Of a stretch of 64,000 nucleotides of DNA, positions 44,108 through 54,400 are shown in pieces (the stretch's first letter is position 1; each line of letters opens with the position of its first letter). The stretch lies in the IMG/VR virus record IMGVR_UViG_3300023184_000026, positions 186,001 to 250,000 of that record, one strand, 5' to 3'. Under the pieces are notes generated by a model. That model did not search any database. It was not told the origin of the DNA and was given only the letters and a program-made list of their open reading frames with translations. A program made the position numbers and the translations under genes.

Positions 44108-44491
44108 ATGAACATGAATAGTGACATAGAGATATACAAAGGTAAAAATTTCTCAGACCTGTGTAAAGATATAATAAAAAATAGTGAAGAAAAAAAGAAT
44201 CAAATAGATATTTTGATCACGGATCTTCGTGAAATGATTAAAACAATCAACGATGCTACAATGATTGTTCCTCTTTTAAAAGAGTATTTCGATGTTGGTG
44301 TGCGAAACGATGAGCAACTAATCAAACTTGCTGCCATTATTCAAAGATTGATGGCTGGCAAGGTTGGTGCGGACGGTGATGGTGGAGGTATGTTGCTTAC
44401 CGACGAAGAAAGAAAACAACTTATGACAACAGTCGAAGAAACGGCAAAGCAGCTAAGTACCAAGGAAGTTTCAAATAGACAATCAAAATAG
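44108..44491 (+). CDS. hypothetical protein
   Basis: IVPLLKEYFDVGVRNDEQLIKLA; head of structural gene run. Confidence 0.75.
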   Translation: MNMNSDIEIYKGKNFSDLCKDIIKNSEEKKNQIDILITDLREMIKTINDATMIVPLLKEYFDVGVRNDEQLIKLAAIIQRLMAGKVGADGDGGGMLLTDEERKQLMTTVEETAKQLSTKEVSNRQSK

Positions 44492-44494
44492 TAT

Positions 44495-45916
44495 ATGGCA
44501 CATTCAATAATAGAAAGACGCGGTGAGCAGAATGTCAAGCAGAATGACATGTTGGCATCCAAGAAGTTTGTAATTGAAAGAAAACCCGACAGCATATTTT
44601 TTTACGAACTGGAAGAAGCTGTTGTATTGGACGTAATAATGGACGAGTCGCATTATATGTTTAATAAATCAACGCTCGATCCTGAACAATGGCCACCCAA
44701 TATAGATGGAAGTGCTCCAAGTGAAAAAGATCCAGACTATTCTTGGATAGGTAAAATAAAGTTTAGATTTTTTAAAAGTGACATCAATGTTGAAACTCAA
44801 CTTTTAAATTGGGCATCTCCGATTGAAAACACCGGAATTGTAGAGTATCCATTGATAAATGAAATGGTCATTGTTGGAAAGTACATGGATCAATATTTTT
44901 ATACAAGAAAGATCAATACAAGTTACAATGTAAATTCAAACGCATTAATTTATGCAGAAAGAATTTCCGGTGGTGTTGATGAAAACCTCGATGAAGATGG
45001 AGAGAAGATAAACGGTCCAGTTTCTACAATGAATTATGCCGGAGGCTCAAACTATACCGGAGTTCTTGGCTCTTATTTCAAATTTAATCCAAAGATACGA
45101 GCATTGAGATCGTTTGAAGGAGATACAATTCTTCAATCTAGGTTTGGGTCTTCGATTAGATTTGGAGCATACGATTTTACAAGAAATAATGATAATGGGC
45201 TTGGAGAATATTCCGACAAAGGAGGAAATCCAATGATTTTGATACGAAACCGACAAGCTCCGATAAAAGGTGCTGACGGTAAAACTGCCAAAGGATTGAC
45301 GCTGGAAAATATAAACAGTGATGGTTCATCCATTCATCTCACTTCGGGTAAAACCCAATCAAATTTTACACCAAACACAACTACCGGTATGGTTAATGTA
45401 ACCAAATCAATAAAATTTCCATCAAAGTTGGACGGTGAACAGATTGTATTTAACAGTGATAGATTAATATTTTCGGCCAGATCAAATGAAATGATGTTTT
45501 TTTCCAAAAAATTTATAACTATAACTACGGATCAGGTATTAAGTTTAAATTCATATGGAAATACAACCATAACTTCTGCAAATGGAATAATGACTTTGAA
45601 TGCGGCGAAGATATATTTAAATTTCAACAAAGATGCTCCAAATGAGCAACCGGTATTGAAGGGACGAGATACTGTGCTTTGGATGTATACCTTGTGCGAT
45701 TGGATGCTTTTAAGTGTAAATACTCAAATACAAATGCTATCTGCATTGATCTCACATTTTCACATAACAAAGGTTGGGCCGACCACACCGGCTCTGCCTC
45801 CAGCGGCGATCTTGTGGATTGAACAATTGCAATCACTTTTTGCATCACAGACAAGCTTGATTGCCCTTCGCTCTCAATTGAGTTCATTGATGAGCAGCCG
45901 AGTATTTATTGGATGA
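44495..45916 (+). CDS. putative baseplate hub/spike (gp5-like) protein
   Basis: YPLINEMV OB-like region, EGDTILQSRFGSSIRFG, GEQIVFNSDRLIF, QPVLKG; upstream of gp25-like gene. Confidence 0.6.
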   Translation: MAHSIIERRGEQNVKQNDMLASKKFVIERKPDSIFFYELEEAVVLDVIMDESHYMFNKSTLDPEQWPPNIDGSAPSEKDPDYSWIGKIKFRFFKSDINVETQLLNWASPIENTGIVEYPLINEMVIVGKYMDQYFYTRKINTSYNVNSNALIYAERISGGVDENLDEDGEKINGPVSTMNYAGGSNYTGVLGSYFKFNPKIRALRSFEGDTILQSRFGSSIRFGAYDFTRNNDNGLGEYSDKGGNPMILIRNRQAPIKGADGKTAKGLTLENINSDGSSIHLTSGKTQSNFTPNTTTGMVNVTKSIKFPSKLDGEQIVFNSDRLIFSARSNEMMFFSKKFITITTDQVLSLNSYGNTTITSANGIMTLNAAKIYLNFNKDAPNEQPVLKGRDTVLWMYTLCDWMLLSVNTQIQMLSALISHFHITKVGPTTPALPPAAILWIEQLQSLFASQTSLIALRSQLSSLMSSRVFIG

Positions 45917-45920
45917 TAAT

Positions 45921-46988
45921 ATGAGTATATTAAGCATAAGCACCGCGCCTCCAACACGAAGAACACTCAGTAATACTACTGTTAATAAACCTCGCTATAT
46001 TGCATTTTCAGTTGAAACAGCACCTGGTAATTATGCTAGATCAACTCCCGGTGGAGTTAATATATCAAATTTATTGAGTCAACAGCGTGCACCATCGCTT
46101 GGAATTCCAAGACTGAGACTGACTCCAAATTTTAATGTTTTTGGATCTTATCGTAGAGGTGGAGTCAGTACATCAACCGGTGGATTGAATTTGAGTGCGA
46201 CAATAAATGGTAGAAAAATTGGAATACCAACCAATGCTCGCGGAGTGGTTGGAGCTATTGCATCCGCATATGGAGCACCAACAACTATGGGTGGTGCAAT
46301 TGCTTTCGCAACGAGAAAATTGGATAATGCACTACCGCCGCTCAATGAGGCATTGGCAACCTTTGGCATACCAACAAATATAAGAGTCATAGTTGGCGAC
46401 CTTGGATTGGAATTTCCAAAAATTCCAGATTTTCCAGGATTGGACAAAATAGGACTATATCTTGGTGCTGGAAAAAAGTGGATAGCCGAGCAACTCGCGA
46501 AATATACTACGATATGTCCCCCGTTTATTCCAGGTTTGAAAATTAATATGGGTATGGCGTTGGCAGCACTATCCATTATCAGGGCACTTATGAAAAACAG
46601 TCCAAGCGAAATATTGAAACATCTCTTGAGCCAAATTGCAGACGATATTGTTGGTCAAGTAATGGATCAAGTAAATGATGCTGTGGATAAAACTGGAATA
46701 AATGAAAAGATAGGAGACTTAAAAGACCAAATTGGCGGGGTTCTGGGAGCCGCACAGGGGCAATTTGAATTGAACTTTAAAATATCAAACCCACCCAGAA
46801 CTGAAACTGATGAAGAAGGTAACGTGACAGAAATTGCGCCCGAAGTACCAAAATCCGGTATACCCACGTTAGGAGATGCATTTCCGTCCATAACATCTGA
46901 ACTTCAGGCAAAAGTGGAGATAAATCAATCGGAATTTATAAGTCAAAATTCTCAACAAAAGACATATACCTTTCCACCAACCGGATAA
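45921..46988 (+). CDS. hypothetical structural-region protein
   Basis: Long ORF in baseplate cluster. Confidence 0.7.
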   Translation: MSILSISTAPPTRRTLSNTTVNKPRYIAFSVETAPGNYARSTPGGVNISNLLSQQRAPSLGIPRLRLTPNFNVFGSYRRGGVSTSTGGLNLSATINGRKIGIPTNARGVVGAIASAYGAPTTMGGAIAFATRKLDNALPPLNEALATFGIPTNIRVIVGDLGLEFPKIPDFPGLDKIGLYLGAGKKWIAEQLAKYTTICPPFIPGLKINMGMALAALSIIRALMKNSPSEILKHLLSQIADDIVGQVMDQVNDAVDKTGINEKIGDLKDQIGGVLGAAQGQFELNFKISNPPRTETDEEGNVTEIAPEVPKSGIPTLGDAFPSITSELQAKVEINQSEFISQNSQQKTYTFPPTG

Positions 46989-47028
46989 TAATTAAAAATA
47001 TTGTATATTTATATAAGGAACCATATAT

Positions 47029-47481
47029 ATGAAAAAGAACGAACTAGTAGATATTATAAGAACTATCGTAAAAGAAGAAGTTAATAATGCACTTCCACAA
47101 CTTCTGATGGAAGTATTGGCTGAAAAAATAACTCAGAATTCAGACGCCATATTAGAGTCCAAAAGGCCGATGGCTTCGATACCAACAAAAACTACAAATT
47201 TCAATGTAAAGTTTGATGGTCCGGCAAAGCAACAAACTCCACAGCCTATGAAGATGTTTGCAAAAAATCCAATCCTCAATCAGATTCTGAATGAAACTGT
47301 CGGTGGAGTTCCATATGAAGAAGAATCCGCACCATCGGCAATGGATGTCATCAAAACTCTTCCAATTGAAACATTGAATGAAAATAAAGAAATGGCGGCA
47401 GTTGCGAATGCACTGTCGCGCGATTATTCCAAATTACTAAAGGCTGTTGACGCCAAGGCAACAGCAAAACGTCAGGTATAA
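47029..47481 (+). CDS. hypothetical protein with MKKNELVDIIR leader
   Basis: NPILNQILNET, RDYSKLLKA. Confidence 0.75.
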   Translation: MKKNELVDIIRTIVKEEVNNALPQLLMEVLAEKITQNSDAILESKRPMASIPTKTTNFNVKFDGPAKQQTPQPMKMFAKNPILNQILNETVGGVPYEEESAPSAMDVIKTLPIETLNENKEMAAVANALSRDYSKLLKAVDAKATAKRQV

Positions 47482-47483
47482 AA

Positions 47484-47894
47484 ATGGTAACTCCGTCACA
47501 GACATATGGAATATTATTGCCTATAACTCATGGGCCGCAGGGATTTTTTAATTCAAGCTATGACATTCTCGAACAGATAAAAAGCAACCTTAATGTACTT
47601 TTGAGAACGAGAAAAGGCGAGCGTAGAATGAATCCGGAATTTGGATCTGGTTTGTGGAACATCTTGTTTGAAAATTATACAGATGATATTACCCCTATGG
47701 TAAAAAATTCCATACAAAGAGATATTGCAAAATGGATGAGTTATGTAAAAATTCAAGACATTCAAATTTATACCAGTAGCGCGGAATACAAAGACAAAAA
47801 CAAAGTTGGAGTAAAAGTATTATTCACGGTACCAAGTGCGGGTATCAACAAAACACAAACCATCGAAGTTGCCGTAAATTCTGGAAATATATGA
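47484..47894 (+). CDS. baseplate wedge protein, gp25/GPW family
   Basis: QIKSNL..LL.T.KGER.M.PEFGSGL...LFE. Confidence 0.88.
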   Translation: MVTPSQTYGILLPITHGPQGFFNSSYDILEQIKSNLNVLLRTRKGERRMNPEFGSGLWNILFENYTDDITPMVKNSIQRDIAKWMSYVKIQDIQIYTSSAEYKDKNKVGVKVLFTVPSAGINKTQTIEVAVNSGNI

Positions 47895-49846
47895 TACTAG
47901 ATACACCAAAATCATTTCAGCCGGATAAAAAAGATGTAAAATATCTCAATAAAGATTTCACTCAGTTGAAACAATCGTTGATGGATTTTGCTAAAACATA
48001 CTATCCAAACACATACAAGGATTTTAGCGATGCTTCTGCGGGCATGATGTTTATTGAAATGGCTGCATATGTTGGAGATGTGTTGTCGTATTATATAGAT
48101 TATCAATTTAAAGAATCTATGTTGGTTAATTCGGAAGAACGTAAGAACATAATCGATGCCGCTAGATCGATGGGATATAAGATGAAGCCAATATCACCAT
48201 CAGTCACAAAGTTGGATGTATATCAACTTGTGCCATCGAAGATGAACACAGGCGGTCAAATGGTTCCCGACCTAAACTATTCTCAAATCATAAAAGCTGG
48301 TATGTCAACTACCAGTGATAGCGGAATATCATTTTTAACAAATTCTCCTGTAGATTTTACAGTGGATACAAAAAACGATCCACTGGAGGTATCCGTGTTT
48401 CAACGCAATGCAGCCGGTCAACCCGATTTTTTTGTGTTAAAAAAGACGGTTGATGCATTTTCTGGTAGAATTGTTACAAAAACGGTGTCTATTGGAAATC
48501 CGTCTCCATTCTTAAAAGTATATTTGGACGAACCAAATGTAATTGAGGTAATGGATATATACGATTCCGATGGAAATCGCTGGCATGAAACGGATTATCT
48601 CGCACAAGATCTTGTACCGGTCAACTACGAGAACATTTATAAAAACGATAATACTCTATCGGTATACAGAGATACTTCTCCGTTTTTGTTGAGATACTTG
48701 CGCACAGCAAAAAGATTCGTGACAGGAGTTGGTGCCGACAATACCACATTTTTGGAATTTGGGTCTGGCACAAGTATCAAAGAAGACGAACTCATTGTTC
48801 CAAACGCATTCACCGTTAGTAAGCCTACCACATTCAGAGCTGAAAATATTGCATATGATCCATCTAACTTTCTGTCGTCAAAGTCATTCGGCCAGGCTCC
48901 ATCAAACACCACCCTGACAATTAGATATGTTGTTGGTGGAGGAATAACTAGCAATATAAATTCCAACTCCATAAAAAATATTAGCTCGGTGGAATTTTTC
49001 GGAGATTTGACCGAGATAGGAAAGCTTGAATTGGATCTTACAAATCTCGTGCGCCGTTCCGTCAAAGTAAATAATCCCATTTCCGCGTCGGGTGGAAGAA
49101 GCGCCGAAACAAACGATGAAATAAGAAATAACGCACTTGCTTATTTCGCCGCACAAAACAGAGTTGTTACTCAGGGAGATTACGAGGTAAGAACATTTGC
49201 AATGCCATCAAAATATGGATCTATAGCAAAAGTTTATGCAGTAACTGATACGCAACTTGATATGGCAAACATACAAGCGACTCCGACGGAAACTCAATCG
49301 GGCCGTTTTTCTCCGGGCACAATTAACAAAGTCAACCCAAATAAAAATAATCAGTTCGCTATAAATCTTTATATATTATGTTATGACAACAACCAGCGGT
49401 TAATCACATCAAACGAAGCTATTCGCCAAAATTTGAAAAATTATCTAAATCAATATAGAATGTTGACAGACAGTGTAAATATGATTGATGGATATATCAT
49501 AAATATAGGAATAGATTTTACGGTAATTGTATACAAGAATTATAATAAACGAGAAGTTCTGGCAAATTGTTTAACATTGGTTCAACAATTTTTTGATATT
49601 AATAACATTAAATTCTGTCAACCTATTAATTTAAGTCGCCTTCAATTGGAAATCGCAAAAGTGGATGGAGTACAATCTGTGACATATTTGAATGTCAAGA
49701 ATTTAACCTTAAAAGATGGGGATTATTCTCCGCATGAGTATAATATAGGAAAAGCTACTGTCGATGGAGTTATATATCCATCAATTGATCCAAGTGTATT
49801 TGAAGTCCGCTTTCCATCAAAAGATATAGTGGGGCGTGTAGCGTAA
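47891..49846 (+). CDS. baseplate wedge protein (T4 gp6/baseplate-J-like)
   Basis: KDF..LK..L..FAK.YYP..Y.DF, AYVGDVLSYY.D, ASGG...ET.DEIR, QNRVVT..DY. Confidence 0.85.
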   Translation: MILDTPKSFQPDKKDVKYLNKDFTQLKQSLMDFAKTYYPNTYKDFSDASAGMMFIEMAAYVGDVLSYYIDYQFKESMLVNSEERKNIIDAARSMGYKMKPISPSVTKLDVYQLVPSKMNTGGQMVPDLNYSQIIKAGMSTTSDSGISFLTNSPVDFTVDTKNDPLEVSVFQRNAAGQPDFFVLKKTVDAFSGRIVTKTVSIGNPSPFLKVYLDEPNVIEVMDIYDSDGNRWHETDYLAQDLVPVNYENIYKNDNTLSVYRDTSPFLLRYLRTAKRFVTGVGADNTTFLEFGSGTSIKEDELIVPNAFTVSKPTTFRAENIAYDPSNFLSSKSFGQAPSNTTLTIRYVVGGGITSNINSNSIKNISSVEFFGDLTEIGKLELDLTNLVRRSVKVNNPISASGGRSAETNDEIRNNALAYFAAQNRVVTQGDYEVRTFAMPSKYGSIAKVYAVTDTQLDMANIQATPTETQSGRFSPGTINKVNPNKNNQFAINLYILCYDNNQRLITSNEAIRQNLKNYLNQYRMLTDSVNMIDGYIINIGIDFTVIVYKNYNKREVLANCLTLVQQFFDINNIKFCQPINLSRLQLEIAKVDGVQSVTYLNVKNLTLKDGDYSPHEYNIGKATVDGVIYPSIDPSVFEVRFPSKDIVGRVA

Positions 49847-49902
49847 ATATAGCTCAAATTTATTTGAGGCGGCGTATATTTATAATGTGAATAATATAGC
49901 AC

Positions 49903-51189
49903 ATGCACTACTTTTTATATCCAACTAAAGACGCATACATAAGCAATCTTCCAGCCTATATGTATAAAAATACAGGATTGGACGAACTGCTTGAAGTGGA
50001 AAAGCGAATATCTACCAACGGATGCTCCAGCGTAGTTCAATATACGGAACTGGTCGGATACACGGCATCAAGTTGCGAATTGTTGAGTGGTTCATTTTCG
50101 GGATCATTTAATCCGGAGTCAACCAGTTCTGTTGTCATTTCCAGTTCATACGAACCAAGATACACCAACACAATGAGTTCGGTTGTTTCAAGAGCACTAC
50201 TTCGTTTTGATTTGGACGATGTTGCAACCGCAATAACAAATAACGAAATAATAAACCCTAAATTTTACCTCAATCTGAAAATATGTGAGTCCGTTGAAGT
50301 TCCAACAAAATACACATTATTTGCTTATCCAATTTCTCAATCTTGGGATATGGGCACCGGTTATAAATATGACGGATCAACCTCACCGGATGGTGTAAAT
50401 TGGAAATTCAGTAGAGCGGATCAGATTGAAAAGTGGTGGAGTACAGGATCATTCACGGATTGTGGTGGCGGCGGTGTGTGGTGGATAGACAGCAATACCA
50501 AAAAATCCGGTTCAGCCATTGACACACATATATATATTTCTGGAAGCTATAGTGCCAAACAGGACTTTGATTATCAAACAAGCGATGTTAAAATGGAAGT
50601 AACTAGCATGGTGCTTGGGTGGTTAAATGAAGAAATTCAAAATAATGGTTTAATTTTGATGCACAGCGATGAATCAAGTTCTGTTGAATATGGAACTTTG
50701 AAATTCTTCAGCAAAGAAACAAATACTATATATTCACCATATCTGGATGTTGCGTGGGATGACTCTGTTTTAAGTTGGGAGTCACCAGGATTTGATACAG
50801 GAAGTGCCAGCCCAATTCAAATTCGAGATGCCGTAGTTGGCATAAAAAACATGGCCACGGAATATAAGTTTGGATCAATCATCAGACTGGATGTTAGTCC
50901 CAGAAAAAGATATCCTCAAAAGACATTTACGAACAAACTTTCCGATTATTTATCACAGTACTATCTACCATCATCTAGTTTTTATCAAATAAAGGACGCC
51001 GAGAGCGAGGAAAATATATTGCCATATGATAATTTTACTCGTTTGAGCTTTGATTCAAATGGAAATTATTTCATGCTAGACACAACTGGTCTACCGTCAG
51101 AAAGATACTACAAGGTTCAAATAAGAACAGAGCAAAGCGGGTCTATAATGACATTTGATATCCCAACACCATTTAAGATTTCAAGATGA
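49903..51189 (+). CDS. putative virion structural protein
   Basis: KDAYI...NTGLDE.LE, SRALLRFD, NNGLIL, FFSKETNTIY.PYL...WDD. Confidence 0.7.
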   Translation: MHYFLYPTKDAYISNLPAYMYKNTGLDELLEVEKRISTNGCSSVVQYTELVGYTASSCELLSGSFSGSFNPESTSSVVISSSYEPRYTNTMSSVVSRALLRFDLDDVATAITNNEIINPKFYLNLKICESVEVPTKYTLFAYPISQSWDMGTGYKYDGSTSPDGVNWKFSRADQIEKWWSTGSFTDCGGGGVWWIDSNTKKSGSAIDTHIYISGSYSAKQDFDYQTSDVKMEVTSMVLGWLNEEIQNNGLILMHSDESSSVEYGTLKFFSKETNTIYSPYLDVAWDDSVLSWESPGFDTGSASPIQIRDAVVGIKNMATEYKFGSIIRLDVSPRKRYPQKTFTNKLSDYLSQYYLPSSSFYQIKDAESEENILPYDNFTRLSFDSNGNYFMLDTTGLPSERYYKVQIRTEQSGSIMTFDIPTPFKISR

Positions 51190-51407
51190 ATCCAAACCCA
51201 ACTTTGCAAGGATACAATCAAACCGACATAGAAAAAATAACTCGCAGCGGTTCGATCATTCCAAATATTGATAGTAGTGGAAATTTGATAATACAGAATG
51301 CTCCTGATCAGATATATAGTTCATCTATTACAATAGAGTTGATAAATGCTGTGTATATTCCAACTAAAGTAGAAACGAAGATTGATCCTACATTTTACGA
51401 ATTATAA
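51186..51407 (+). CDS. hypothetical protein
   Basis: ATGA overlap with upstream gene. Confidence 0.65.
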   Translation: MNPNPTLQGYNQTDIEKITRSGSIIPNIDSSGNLIIQNAPDQIYSSSITIELINAVYIPTKVETKIDPTFYEL

Positions 51408-51412
51408 GTTAT

Positions 51413-54400
51413 ATGGAAAATTTGAATAATAGTTTGCAATTCATATCATATCCCTCGAAATCTTTGGGTCATGGATCTACATTGTCTCGGTCGGACATTA
51501 TTTTTTACACAGAAAATCAAACTTCCAGTAATTTTCCGTTCGGTAAATCGGAAAAAGACATCATAAATGTTGGCGTATATGAGCTAAGTGGTGAATTTGT
51601 TGCTTCCACAACCATTTATTCCAGTGGTTCTTACACAAAACACACCGCGTCATATTATGATTCTTTTAATCAGTATAATCAATACTCATACAAGAAATAT
51701 AATAGTGATTTTTTCATTGTTGGTAGCGACCAAAAGTCACTGCTATTTGATGTAAGCAGATGCTTGAATTCTATTGGAGTGCAGGATGGAAACTACAAGC
51801 TATATGTTGAATTAAATAGAAATATTGTTGGAAATGAAAAACAAAACGGCGAGAGACTTATCATCAATACTATTTCTACCGGAAGACAAGAAATAACATT
51901 GATACCTCAAACGCTGAGAGGTACCGATTCGGAAATAAATCGAGAATATGATATATTTTCCAACAGTCGACTTCAATTGAAAGATGTTGTTGAAGAAATA
52001 TCAACGAATATTTCCAATCCCCAAATATACAACATTTATAATCTAGTGATGGAATCCAATCCAAGTGGATCGGCTGCTCTGAAGTATAATTATGGACTCA
52101 AAACGGACGTTGACGTAATAAACTTTTTGACCGACATATATTACGGAGTATCAACCGGAAATTACAAATCAAATAGACAAATTGCCAACAATAATATTCT
52201 TGGAATATATAATCAGTTCAATAATTGGATGTATCAGAATTATGAAGCTGGAGTTACATTCCAAATTATACAGGATTATTATTACAGTTTGTTTTTGTTT
52301 ATTGTTGATAGAGAACTCAACAATATCACAAACAAACGTCCAGATAGTTTTCCCCAAATTGTTGAATTTTTACAAACTATATTTTACAACGAAATATTTT
52401 ATCCCGCGATTTATGAGGCAGAACTCAAGCGAAATATAGATTTATCCGGGTATTTTAAGTATTACTTAAATTTTACAAATGGTCAAAAAATATCGATAAT
52501 CAATCAAAAATTGATTCCAACTCAAGATCCAAGGTTCTATGATTATTTAGCACTTAAAATAATAGATCCATTGCCACAAAATTTTGACTTGGGTGCAGAG
52601 GCGTGGATCACATGTGATTTTGGATTCTTGCCAATTGTACAGAATTTATTTTATTTTTCAAAGACGGAAATTAAAACAATACCGTTGAGAGGACCAAATT
52701 TTCTTGTAAAAATAGAAAATGAGGGAAATTCCACGCAAGCTTTGTCGATGGATGAGCTAATTTCTGTCACCGGAAGTGCATACAATGAATTGGCAAAGAA
52801 GATAAGTTCGCGTGAAAACCAACTGATTGATACTACGAATTACAGAAACTTTGAAAATTTTGTAAATTTTTCTTCGGCGGATATTAGACTTCAAGCATTT
52901 GGTGGTAAAAGAAAGCAAATCGATTCTTTGTATTATGAAATAGACACCGTTAACGCCAAACTTGTTTCGAATCCAAATGATGCATTTTATTTAAAAGAAA
53001 AATCCGATGCAAATTCTCAAATAGATGAGTTGGAGGCTGGAATGGATGGATATGAAAGATTTTTGTATGAAAATCCCGGTTGGTATATAAAACATGGAGA
53101 GGGAGTTGATGGATACACGTCGGCATCATTCTATGATAAAAATAATGGAGGTTCATTGATAAATAATTTGCCACAGTTCATTATAGAGGATGCAAGCAAC
53201 AATGCCGATTATATAAAGTTTGTGGCCATGGTTGGTCATTTTTTTGATAATATTTCATTGACTATAAAACAGTTAACTGAAAAAAATAATTATTCAAGTT
53301 CTCCAAATTTTGGAATATCCTTGGATATTGTTGGAGATATGCTTCGTTCACTTGGGTGGGATGCGGAAATATCAAAAGATAACCTTCCGCTTATTCTGGC
53401 GTCATTCTCAAAAAACGATTTTGACCCAGAATCTGAATTTTATTCTCAAGCCAGAAATCTTTCCGAAGAACAAAGAAACCAAATAATATGGAAAAGATTA
53501 TTGAATAGTCTTCCTTTCATATACAAAGCAAAGGGGACGGAAGCATCATTGAATGCATTAATTTCATGCTTTGGCGTTCCAAAGAATATCATTAAAATAA
53601 AAGAATATGGCGGAATATTAAATACGAGCAATCTTACCGATACTACAGAACATATCGTGGAAGAAGTAAAATACGAGCCATATTTCAGCGGAAGTTTTGA
53701 GTATTTCGTTCTTAATTGGACCGGTAGTGCAAAGACAATTGAATTCAATTTCAGATTTGATCCAGCAAAAACAAGTGAATCTGGTACGGTTTTTAGATTG
53801 GCAAATTGTTCTGATAATTGGGTGGTTGGTGCTGTTCGCGACAGAGGAAATGATTGGGGGAAATTATTTTTCAGTATAGATGATGGGTATGGAAATGTTA
53901 AGACCGCAGTTACATCACGCGCCCCAATATTTGATGGAAATTCTTACCACGCAATGGTAAAGAGAAACGATGTTGATGTTCATTTCAATGCAACTATAAA
54001 TTTGGATGAATATCCAACCAGATATGACCTACTTCTTCAAAAATCGGAAGATGATAGAATAACTTACAGTGTAACTTCCAGTATGTTCGTGAGTGGAAGT
54101 TTCAATAATTCTTTTGGTACTGGTGAGTATCTGTATATAGGAAATTACAATCAAAGTACTGCGTCTTTAAATATCGACCCAGAGGCTTTTTTTGGAAATA
54201 TTGACGATATACGAGTATGGGAAACTCCATTATCGACCGCACGTTTTGAGGCACACACACTTCATAGAAATGCATATGACCTCGAAGATCCTATGGAAAT
54301 GATTTCTGATAATTTGTATAGAATATCATTTGAGCGACCAGTCGATCTTTATAGTACCGAATCATACGCGGTGAACTTGAATAATTTATCATTTAGAAAA